Origin: a bacterium
Lineage (GTDB): Bacteria; UBA8248
Reading direction: 5' to 3'
NCBI GenBank assembly: GCA_965203325.1
Contig: OZ241875.1
Coordinates: 2,400,001-2,464,000 of the forward strand
DNA: 64,000 nt
The notes beneath the pieces are model-generated. The model saw nothing but the letters and a program-made list of their open reading frames with translations. It made no database searches and was not told the origin of the DNA. This document shows, in pieces, positions 29,245 through 37,180 of the stretch. A program made the position numbers and the translations under genes. Every line of letters begins with the position of its first letter. The stretch's first letter is position 1.

Positions 29245-30279
29245 ATGAGTACGGAGCAAACGAAAAGCCCGAGCCGGTTTCAGCCCTTAAGAGATTTCCT
29301 CGCACGACACGATCGCATCTTGTTGCTCACCCATATCGGGCCGGACGGCGACGGCCTCCTCGCTTGCCTTGCCCTCAGCCGCTATCTCAAGGCGATCGGT
29401 AAACACGCCACCGTCGTCACCGAGGACAAGGCGCCCGTCTTCGTCGCGCCTTTTGATCCGGAGGGCCTCGTCCGCGCGCGGAAGGATCTTCTCGCGCAGG
29501 AAGACTGGGCGGAGCGCTTCGATGCCTGCCTTATCCTCGACACCGGCAAGGCGAGCCGTCTGGGCAGGCTGGAGGAGCCGCTCATGTCCGCCGGGCTGCC
29601 CCTGGCCGTCATCGATCACCACATCAGGGAAGAGGACAACATCGACTGCCCCTCCGTCATCGACGCGGAAGCCGCCGCGGTGGGCGAGATGATAGCCGAT
29701 TATCTGGACGAGGAGGGCTATTCGTTCGATGACCTGCTCATCACCCGCGCGCTCATGGCGGCCCTCGTCTACGACACGGGCCAGTTCCGCTTCACGAACA
29801 CTTCGAAGCGCACGCTGAACTGGGCGGCGCGCCTGGTGGAACTCGGCGCGAGCCCCGGGGAGGCCTACTCGATCTTCTGGGAATCGAACGGCGCGGGCTC
29901 GTTGAAGCTGCTGGGCACGCTGATGAGCCGCATGGCGCTCGACTGCGGGGGACGCCTCGCCTGGTTCACCCTGAGCGCGCAGGAACTCGACAGGTTCGGG
30001 GTCTCGCGCTCCGAGACGGAGGAATACATTTCGGTTCCCCGCTCGATTGAGTCCGTCGAGGTCATCGCCTTTTTCTCCGAACTCGAAAACGGGCGCATCC
30101 GCGTGAGCCTGCGCTCGAAGGGCCGCGTGGAGATTCACGACGTGGCGCGCACCTTCGGCGGCGGCGGCCATGCCTTCGCGGCGGGCGCGCGCATGCGGCC
30201 CCCGCTCGAGGAGGCGGCGAGGCTCATCACCACCGCGCTCGCCGAGAAGATACGGGACGTTCTCGGACCTGATGAATAA
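29245..30279 (+). CDS. nrnA: DHH/DHHA1 phosphoesterase (NrnA-like oligoribonuclease/pAp phosphatase)
   Basis: 'THIGPDGDG', 'IDHH', 'DTGQF', 'VSLRS', 'GGGGHAFAAG'. Confidence 0.85.
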   Translation: MSTEQTKSPSRFQPLRDFLARHDRILLLTHIGPDGDGLLACLALSRYLKAIGKHATVVTEDKAPVFVAPFDPEGLVRARKDLLAQEDWAERFDACLILDTGKASRLGRLEEPLMSAGLPLAVIDHHIREEDNIDCPSVIDAEAAAVGEMIADYLDEEGYSFDDLLITRALMAALVYDTGQFRFTNTSKRTLNWAARLVELGASPGEAYSIFWESNGAGSLKLLGTLMSRMALDCGGRLAWFTLSAQELDRFGVSRSETEEYISVPRSIESVEVIAFFSELENGRIRVSLRSKGRVEIHDVARTFGGGGHAFAAGARMRPPLEEAARLITTALAEKIRDVLGPDE

Positions 30280-30282
30280 TGC

Positions 30283-30660
30283 CTAGACGCCGAACTCCTT
30301 GAACACGCGCAGAGACTCGTCCGTCGCGCCCACGGCGTTGGGCGCGCCCGCATAGATCGCGCATATCAGGATGATCTCCTGAATTTCCTCTTTCGTCATG
30401 CCGATGCGAAGCGCCGCCTTGGCGTGGTAGCCGAACTCCCTGTCCCGGCCCTGGGCGCAAAGGACGGAGAGGATCACGGTTTCACGGGTCTTGTCGTCGA
30501 TGCCGTCGCGCGCATACAGATCGCCGTACACGGATTCGGTGACGAACTGCGCGAACGCGGGGCTCGCCTGCGCGAACGCCTGTCGCCTCTCCTCGCCTTC
30601 TTCGCCGAAGATTCTCGCACGGGTTTTGAGTCCTCTTTCGAGGCGTGTTTCTTCGCTCAT
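30283..30660 (-). CDS. Carboxymuconolactone decarboxylase family protein (PcaC-like, no CxxC)
   Basis: 'RGLKTR', 'YGDLYARDGID.KTRE', 'HAKAALRIG', 'IYAGAP'. Confidence 0.88.
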   Translation of the reverse strand: MSEETRLERGLKTRARIFGEEGEERRQAFAQASPAFAQFVTESVYGDLYARDGIDDKTRETVILSVLCAQGRDREFGYHAKAALRIGMTKEEIQEIILICAIYAGAPNAVGATDESLRVFKEFGV

Positions 30661-30799
30661 CAAATCGACCTCCTGTCTGGGGACGGGCGAGGCGCCCATC
30701 CAAGATGATTGCGGGCGGCCCCCTCCGGGGCTCGCGGGTGGTTTTGCCGGAATGTTTCTCGGGGCTTATATTGAATAGCGTATGTAGGAGCGTATTTCC

Positions 30800-31072
30800 A
30801 TGTCACCAGGGAGATTCGACGTGAAACTGGACGCCGTGAAATTCGGACTGGCCGCCGGCATCATCTACGGGGCCATGTTTTTCTTCTACGCCTTTCTGGG
30901 CGCGCTGTTCGGCGTGGGTGGGGATATGCTGAAGCTGATTGCCGATTTCTACCCGGGCGTTTCCCCCACCTATCCGGGCGCGATCATCGGCGCGGCCTGG
31001 GGGTTCGCGATAGGCTTTTTCTTCTTCACCATCCTGGCGTGGATCTACAACCGCCTGCTGGGGGAGGAGTAG
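30800..31072 (+). CDS. Small membrane protein of the family annotated 'bacteriophage holin'
   Basis: 'KLDAVKFGLAAG', 'FYPG', 'GAIIGAAWGF', 'AWIYN'; 2-3 TM helices. Start could be GTG 30821. Confidence 0.6.
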   Translation: MSPGRFDVKLDAVKFGLAAGIIYGAMFFFYAFLGALFGVGGDMLKLIADFYPGVSPTYPGAIIGAAWGFAIGFFFFTILAWIYNRLLGEE

Positions 31073-31079
31073 ACGCTCC

Positions 31080-31526
31080 CTATCCCAAAGACTTGGCGAG
31101 GGCTTCCCCCCACGCGCGCATCTCGGGCGTCATGGACTCGTTGTGGGGCAGGAACGCCATGGCGACGAATATGTCCTCGATGCCGTCGCCCTTCGAGAGG
31201 TTGCGGTAGAGCGGCTGGGGGTAGAAGTCGCTCATGGGCTCCGCATGGCCGATGCGCTCCTCGTTTCTCGCGAAGTGGTAGGCGATCACCGCCCTCGGGG
31301 GAACCCACCGCTGGCGCTCCTCGCCTTCTGCGTTCACGTCGCGCACAAAGCCGCCGAAGCCCTTGGTGAACGAGTCGCCGTATATGAATTGCGCGGTAGC
31401 CGCCTCGTCGCAGGTGTCCATCTCCGCGAGCTGGATGTAGAGGATGTCGTTCGGATCGTCCACACCGTCGAGCGGCAGTTCGGTTATTCCGCACGCGGGG
31501 CAGATGAAGGTGACGTTTTCAGCCAT
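31080..31526 (-). CDS. Hypothetical protein with N-terminal CPxCG
   Basis: Host-like codon usage; AGGA SD before ATG 31526; no family recognised. Confidence 0.6.
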   Translation of the reverse strand: MAENVTFICPACGITELPLDGVDDPNDILYIQLAEMDTCDEAATAQFIYGDSFTKGFGGFVRDVNAEGEERQRWVPPRAVIAYHFARNEERIGHAEPMSDFYPQPLYRNLSKGDGIEDIFVAMAFLPHNESMTPEMRAWGEALAKSLG

Positions 31527-31686
31527 ATCGGTGTTCCTGTTCCGAGGGCCGCCGGAGAGAGTCTCCGGGACGGCGCGCGTAAATGTTTTTAGAGTGTTCC
31601 GCCGAGACCGAATCGTGCCAGAGGTCACCCTTCCGCGCAAGTTTGAAAGCGGGTTTCGGTTCGTAAGAGAGAGGGCGCGATGGCGA

Positions 31687-32559
31687 TCAACCCCGCGCCC
31701 GGGGGTCGAGCGCGTCGCGCAGCCCGTCGCCCACGTAGTTGATGCTCAGCACGGTGAGCGATATCGCGAGGCCGGGCCAGAGGACGCGCCCGGGGTATTG
31801 CTGAAGGTAGTCGGTCGAGTCGTAGAGCAGCCTCCCCCAGGTGGGGAAATCAGGCGGAAAGCCAAGCCCCAGGAACGAGAGGGCCGATTCGGTGATGATG
31901 GCGTCGCCCACCCCCAGAGCCGCCGATATCATGATGGGCGAGACGACGCCCGGCAGGATGTGGCGGAAGATGATGCGCCCCGCCGGCGCTCCCATCGCGC
32001 CCGAGGCGAGGACGAATTCGCGTTCCTTAAGAGCGAGCACCTCGCCGCGCACGATGCGGGCGGTCTTCATCCAGGAGGTCAGGCCGATGACCGATGCGAT
32101 GAGGATGAAGATGCCGGTCTCGGGCCCGAAGGCGGCGCGCAGGGCGTCGCGGAACAGCGCGATGATCACCAGCAGAAGAGGCAGGAGCGGCAGCGCCAGG
32201 AAGAGATCGGTCAGCCGCATGAGCGGGCCGTCGAGCCGCCTGAAGTAGCCCGACGCCACGCCGATGACGGCGCCCAGAGAAAGCGCCAGGCCCATGGCGG
32301 CGCCCGCCACCGCGAGCGAGACGCGGCCGCCCGCCAACATGCGGGCCAGGGTGTCGCGGCCCAGGCGGTCGGCGCCCAACGGGTGGGCGAAGCTGATCCC
32401 CTGGTTGCGCGCGCGGATATCGATGAGGTGCGGGTCGATGTTCCACAGGTGCGGGCCGAACACCACGGCGAGGGCCGCGAGGAGCAGAATCCCCGCCCCT
32501 AACACCGCCCCCCGGTGGGTGCGGAACTGCGCCCATGCCCCGCGCCTAGCGCTGGTCAT
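31687..32559 (-). CDS. Peptide/nickel ABC transporter permease (DppC/OppC-like)
   Basis: 'HPLGADRLGRD', 'ARIVRG', 'HILP', 'ESALSFLGLG', 'GDGLRDALDP'. Confidence 0.93.
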   Translation of the reverse strand: MTSARRGAWAQFRTHRGAVLGAGILLLAALAVVFGPHLWNIDPHLIDIRARNQGISFAHPLGADRLGRDTLARMLAGGRVSLAVAGAAMGLALSLGAVIGVASGYFRRLDGPLMRLTDLFLALPLLPLLLVIIALFRDALRAAFGPETGIFILIASVIGLTSWMKTARIVRGEVLALKEREFVLASGAMGAPAGRIIFRHILPGVVSPIMISAALGVGDAIITESALSFLGLGFPPDFPTWGRLLYDSTDYLQQYPGRVLWPGLAISLTVLSINYVGDGLRDALDPRARG

Positions 32560-33559
32560 AGCGGATGGTGGGGTCCAGAACCCCGTAGAGGACGTCGGCG
32601 ACGAGGTTGAACGCCACGATCAGCCCCGCGAAGATGAAGGTCAGCGTCTGCACGGTCGGGAGATCCCCCCCTTGGATGGCGACGATGAGCAGCTGCCCCA
32701 GCCCGTTCACCTTGAATATCTGCTCGGTGATGATCGCGCCGCCGAACACCTGCGGCACGCCGAGCGCGATGATGGTGACGACGGGGATCATCGAGTTGCG
32801 CAGGACGTGGACGAAGAGAATCCTTCGTTCGTGAAAACCCTTGCCACGTGCGGTGCGCACGTAGTCCTGGCTCAAGTTCTCGAGCATGGAGGCGCGCATG
32901 AAGCGGGCGATCTGCGCCGCGTTGTAGAGGGCGAGCACGAAGACGGGCATCGCCATCTGCCGCGCCTGGACGAGAAAGCTGCTCCAGTCCGTCACGCGGT
33001 GCGTGGTGTCGTAAATGGAGGGGAACCAGCCGAGGCCGACGGAGAACACCACGATCAGCAACACGCCGGTGAAAAACGTCGGCACCGAGAAACCCACGGT
33101 GGAGACGAAGGTGCCGATCTGGTCGAACCAGCTGTATTGCCGGTAGGCGGAGACGATGCCGATGGGTATCGCGATCAGGACGCCGATGACGTAGGAGAGC
33201 CCCACCACCCAAAGGGTCTGCGGCAGGCGCTCGACGATGAGGTCGACGACCGGGGAGCGCGTCTGCCAGCTCAGTACGCGGAGCCTGTCGGAGTCGCCCG
33301 CGTAGCCGAGCAGGGCGTCGAGCACGTTCAAGGGCTCGTTGATGAAAAACTGCTTGCACCACAGCAGGTAGCGGACGTGGATGGGCTGGCCTAATCCTAA
33401 GGATTCGCGGATTTTCTGGCGCACCTCGGGCGGAATCGTGAGGGGGAGGTTCGCCGTGGGGTCGCTGGGGGCGAGGTCCAGGAGCAGGAATATGACGAGG
33501 CTGATGAAGAGAAGTGTGGGAACGGCGAAGAGCAGCCGCCTCAGCGTGTAGGTTCCCAT
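32546..33559 (-). CDS. Peptide/nickel ABC transporter permease (DppB/OppB-like)
   Basis: 'RRLLFAVPTL', 'RLPQT', 'DYVRTARGKG', 'HVLRN', 'DVLYGVLDP'. Confidence 0.93.
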   Translation of the reverse strand: MGTYTLRRLLFAVPTLLFISLVIFLLLDLAPSDPTANLPLTIPPEVRQKIRESLGLGQPIHVRYLLWCKQFFINEPLNVLDALLGYAGDSDRLRVLSWQTRSPVVDLIVERLPQTLWVVGLSYVIGVLIAIPIGIVSAYRQYSWFDQIGTFVSTVGFSVPTFFTGVLLIVVFSVGLGWFPSIYDTTHRVTDWSSFLVQARQMAMPVFVLALYNAAQIARFMRASMLENLSQDYVRTARGKGFHERRILFVHVLRNSMIPVVTIIALGVPQVFGGAIITEQIFKVNGLGQLLIVAIQGGDLPTVQTLTFIFAGLIVAFNLVADVLYGVLDPTIRYDQR

Positions 33560-33596
33560 CGCCTTAAGCCTCGATGGCCTTAAGCGGCGCGCGGGC

Positions 33597-35294
33597 CTAT
33601 TTGACGCGACGCCAGTCGGCGATGTTCCAAAGCTCCGAATCCCAGGTGTTCAGAATCACGCCGCCCAGCGTTTTGGCGTGGGCCGATACGCGCCCGCGGT
33701 CGACCAGCGGGATGATCGCGTGGGCCTGCACCACCATGTCGTTCATGGCCCTGGCGAGCCGGGCCCGCTCCTTGAGCGCGCCGGCGCGCGCCAATTTGGC
33801 GATGAGCGCGTCGTAGGCGGGGTCGCAGAAGCGCGGCACGTTGTTGCCCTGCCACTGCGTTTCGGGACGCGGAGCCTCCTTGCACGCCCAGTTCGCCATG
33901 TAGGATTCCGGGTCCGTGCCGTCGAAATTGTTGGCGTACATCTGCACGTCGGCCTGGAACTTCTGGAAGGTGTCGCCGCTCGCCGGGTCGCCGCCGAAAA
34001 ACACCGAGGCGCTGATGTTGCGAAGCTCGGTCTCGACCCCGATCTTGGACCACCATTGTTTTATCAGCGCCTGAAAATCCTGGCGTACGGCGTTGGTGGA
34101 GGTCTGGTAGAGGATCGAGAGCTTGACCCCGTTCTTGGTGCGCACGCCGCCCGCCCCTCGCTTCCAGCCCGCCGCATCGAGCAGCTTGTTGGCGCCGGGG
34201 ATGTCTTGCTTGAGACACACGTCGTTGGCCGTGGATTTGTAGATGGCGGGGGCGGGGAGAATGTTGCACGTCGGCCGTCCGGCGGGGCCGTAGCCGATCT
34301 CGACGAGCAGTTTCCTGTCGATCGCCATCGAGAGCGCCTTGCGCACGCTGGGGTCCGAGAGGAAAGGATGGGGATGCCTGGCGGTGGAGCGCTCCTTGCC
34401 GAGTTTGGGGGCCGGGTTCGTCAGGTTCACGACGATGCGCTCGACCAGCGTGCCGAACGAGGAGATGACGACGCCCTTGCCCGCCTTTTTCATGTTCGCG
34501 AGCACGTCGGGGGCGAGTTGCAGGTTCCAGGCGTAGTCGAACTCGCCGGTCTCCAGTACCGAACGCGCCGCCGCCGCCGCGTCGCCGCCGCCCTTGAAGG
34601 TCACCCGCGCGAAGGCCGGCCTGGCCGGGTCGCGGTAGTTGCGGTTGGCGACGAAGGAGATGACGTCGTTCGGGCGGAACTCGGCGACGGCGAAGGGCCC
34701 CGTGCCCACGGGCTTGAAGTTGGCGTCGGTGCAGCGCGGCGCCTTGGCACCCAGGCAGTCGGCGAACTGCGCCGCCTGGATGATAGGGGCCTGCGCGCCG
34801 ACGAACGGCCCGTAGGGAAAGGGTTTCGCGATGCCGAAGGCCACGCGCACTGTGCGCGCGTCCAGAGCCTCGACTGTTTTTACGTCGTTGTATTTCTCGC
34901 TCTGGGAGCACCCCCCCTGGGGATGCGTGCAGTATTTCCAGGTGAAGACGACGTCCCTGGCCGTCATCGGCGTTCCGTCGGCCCACTTGAGGCCGCTTTT
35001 GAGCTTCCAGGTGATGGTGCGCAAATCCTTCGACACGCCGCCGTTTTCCAGCGTGGGGACCCGTTCGGCGAGCCAGGGCGTCATGTTCCCGTTCTGGTCG
35101 TAGCGCGCGAGGGGCTCCAGTACCAGCGATGCGGCCTCTATCTCCTTGGTGCCGCCCGAGAGGTAGGGGTTCATGGTGGAGGGCGCCTGCCAGTAGATGA
35201 TGCGCAGATGCCCGTCGGCCCCGCGCGCGGCATGCGCCGCCTGCGCGGTGAAAAAAGTGATGATGACTATGATGAGTGTGAAGGTGGTTTTCAC
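33597..35294 (-). CDS. Peptide ABC transporter substrate-binding protein (family 5)
   Basis: Signal peptide, 'ITWKLK.GLKWADG', 'GTGPF', 'VRKALSMAIDR'; GTG start. Confidence 0.93.
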   Translation of the reverse strand: MKTTFTLIIVIITFFTAQAAHAARGADGHLRIIYWQAPSTMNPYLSGGTKEIEAASLVLEPLARYDQNGNMTPWLAERVPTLENGGVSKDLRTITWKLKSGLKWADGTPMTARDVVFTWKYCTHPQGGCSQSEKYNDVKTVEALDARTVRVAFGIAKPFPYGPFVGAQAPIIQAAQFADCLGAKAPRCTDANFKPVGTGPFAVAEFRPNDVISFVANRNYRDPARPAFARVTFKGGGDAAAAARSVLETGEFDYAWNLQLAPDVLANMKKAGKGVVISSFGTLVERIVVNLTNPAPKLGKERSTARHPHPFLSDPSVRKALSMAIDRKLLVEIGYGPAGRPTCNILPAPAIYKSTANDVCLKQDIPGANKLLDAAGWKRGAGGVRTKNGVKLSILYQTSTNAVRQDFQALIKQWWSKIGVETELRNISASVFFGGDPASGDTFQKFQADVQMYANNFDGTDPESYMANWACKEAPRPETQWQGNNVPRFCDPAYDALIAKLARAGALKERARLARAMNDMVVQAHAIIPLVDRGRVSAHAKTLGGVILNTWDSELWNIADWRRVK

Positions 35295-35489
35295 GCCTGT
35301 ATCCTCGCGTTTTTGAGAGGGTGAAGGGTTCGCGTCGCGGATGCGCCCGAGCGGGAAATATCCTAGAAGGCGGGGCGGGGAATTGCAATAGAAATCATAA
35401 AAGAATACATTGGAGATCCAACCCTTAAGAAATACAATTTATGTTAGATAGCCGCCTTAGATGATATTCACTTGTAAAAGGAAAATAGA

Positions 35490-36344
35490 ATGACCGTTTG
35501 CGTTGCAATCAAGGTACATGATTGCATTGTCTTCGCGGCGGACAGCGCATCTTCTCTGGTCGCAACTCCCGAGCCCGGTGTGTCCTCGGTCGTGAATATC
35601 TGGAGTCATGGGATCAAGGTTTTTAACCTCCACAAAGAACTTCCGATTGTAGCTATGACTGCCGGTATGGGCCACTTTGGGCCGGCTTCAATCAGTAATT
35701 TAGCGAAAGATTTGCGCATCTCTTTGTCCAGCGCCAAAGCAGGAAACCCGTTGAACAAAGAAAGCTATACCATCGCAGAAGTTGCAAAGAGAGCATGTGA
35801 ATTCTTCGAATCAAAATACAGGGAAATAGTCCCCCCTCCCGCTAATCCCCATCAGTTTGAATTTTGGATTGGTGGTTATGGTTCGGATGTGAATCGAGGC
35901 GAAATATGGAAACTCGTTATTCAAGATGGGGTAGTATTTGAGCCACAACAAGTTGCCATGGCAGAAGATGATGATAAAGTGGTTTGGGGCGGCCAGCCGC
36001 AAGCAATCAATCGCTTGCTGATTGGATTTGACGGAAGCCTGGGAGCGTTGCTTACTGAAAATGGCTTGGCTGAAGGAGAGGCTCAGTCGCTTGTTGATAA
36101 ACTTTTGCAACGGACAGCAACACCACTGGTTCATTCGTCCATGCCTGTACAGGATGCCATTAACCTCGCTGATTTCCTCGTAGATGTAACAAAACGCTAT
36201 TTCGCCTTTCTGCCGGGCGCAGATGTTGTTGGTGGGGATACAGACATCGCAACAGTAACGAAACACGAGGGATTTAAATGGATCAAGCGAAAACATTATT
36301 ACCCGGCAGAGCTTAACCCGAAGGAGACAGATCATGTTGAATAA
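35490..36344 (+). CDS. Stand-alone proteasome beta-subunit-like Ntn hydrolase (uncharacterised)
   Basis: After Met removal: Thr1, 'AADS' with Asp at position 17, 'KVF' (Lys33 equivalent after an insert), 'TAG' and 'VGG' near the C-terminus. Confidence 0.75.
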   Translation: MTVCVAIKVHDCIVFAADSASSLVATPEPGVSSVVNIWSHGIKVFNLHKELPIVAMTAGMGHFGPASISNLAKDLRISLSSAKAGNPLNKESYTIAEVAKRACEFFESKYREIVPPPANPHQFEFWIGGYGSDVNRGEIWKLVIQDGVVFEPQQVAMAEDDDKVVWGGQPQAINRLLIGFDGSLGALLTENGLAEGEAQSLVDKLLQRTATPLVHSSMPVQDAINLADFLVDVTKRYFAFLPGADVVGGDTDIATVTKHEGFKWIKRKHYYPAELNPKETDHVE

Positions 36345-36504
36345 AGATAACAAGGACGGTGAATCCAAAACGATAGAAATAGTCAAAACCCCGGATCTCC
36401 CAAAATATGATTATCAAAGACCCGAATATGGTTTTGGTTCGATAGGCGGCAAAGAAAATCAAGAGCCAACCAAAGAGCCAAAAGTTAGAAGCAAAAGTCG
36501 TTGA
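36334..36504 (+). CDS. 56-aa hydrophilic small protein, translationally coupled to the proteasome-like gene
   Basis: AAGGAG SD at 36321-36326 and ATG 36334 overlapping the upstream stop; MLNKDNKDGESKTIEIVKTPDLPKYDYQRPEYGFGSIGGKENQEPTKEPKVRSKSR. Confidence 0.5.
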   Translation: MLNKDNKDGESKTIEIVKTPDLPKYDYQRPEYGFGSIGGKENQEPTKEPKVRSKSR

Positions 36505-36577
36505 GAAATGACTTAGAAGAATGTTTGATGCGTCTTTTTGATAATCCAGAGGACATTCATAATGTGAAGAAAGCTAT

Positions 36578-36760
36578 TTGTATAAGTCCGAAATTCCACT
36601 CACCGTTTACCTAGTGCTCTTTCTCGTGGCGGGGTCGACTGGCGTCGCGCGTAGAGCGGGGCTCCCCAAGCGAATCACCGGAATCGACGGCGTGCCTTTG
36701 CTCCTCGTTCCTGCGGGCGAGTTCGTGATGGGTTCCGCGCCGAGCAGCTACATTTTCGGC
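36578..36760 (+). pseudogene. 5' remnant of a secreted FGE-sulfatase (SUMF1) domain gene
   Basis: Signal-like segment, then 'ITGIDGVPLLLVPAGEFVMGS', the typical domain start; similarity is lost afterwards. Confidence 0.55.
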
Positions 36761-36889
36761 GACAACAAAACACTACGCCGCCGGAGACGTCGGCTCAGAA
36801 CAATCGCCCATGATCATCGAAAGCGCACGTACGCCGACGCCGCATGGAAAACCGGCATCACGATTCATTAGCTTCCCGGCGAGGCCTCT

Positions 36890-37012
36890 TTAACTCAGGG
36901 TGACGAATACCTCGTTGTGGCGTAGTGGAGGAAGCGTCCAGGGCGGGTTGTAACCGGCCATTCACCAAGCGCCGAGGTGCGCCAGATCTTTCGCGTTGAG
37001 CCACGCGGCCAA
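36890..37012 (-). pseudogene. 3' remnant of a SOUL heme-binding protein gene
   Basis: Translates as LAAWLNAKDLAHLGAW*MAGYNPPWTLPPLRHNEVFVTLS*, matching the SOUL C-terminal YNPPWTLP..R.NEV motif; internal stop at 36962-36964. Confidence 0.6.
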
Positions 37013-37180
37013 CAGAAATCCGACAAGAGATTTCGGCATTTGTCCACTCTCCAGAACGCTTCATGCTGAATCATTGCGTATGGCGACAGTACGCGCCGAA
37101 GCATCGTATTCGAGAAGAGAAACCCCGCCCGAGAGTTCGACGAAGGCGTTCTCGACCGGCGGGAAGCCGTTGGATACGGC

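Larger units (their letters stand above)
35390..36580. mobile_element. Second AT-rich island (approximate limits)
   Basis: Visible drop in GC and non-host codon usage; no mobility gene inside. Confidence 0.65.

Noticed and set aside
33580..35388. Long alternative-frame and antisense ORFs (e.g. 33580-35388, 33678-35324, 57033-58715, 4936-6342, 49577-51028)
   Set aside because: Shadow ORFs expected in GC-rich DNA; they overlap well-supported genes and have Arg/Ala/Gly-rich non-protein-like composition.
36420..36450. GFGSIGG in the 56-aa ORF as dUTPase motif 5 or a ubiquitin-like GG terminus
   Set aside because: The other dUTPase motifs are absent and the GG is internal; not interpretable without homologues.
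36962..36964. Third in-frame TGA (SOUL remnant) as selenocysteine
   Set aside because: Not in a Cys motif and most of the gene is missing; a nonsense mutation in a pseudogene (e.g. CGA to TGA) is simpler.
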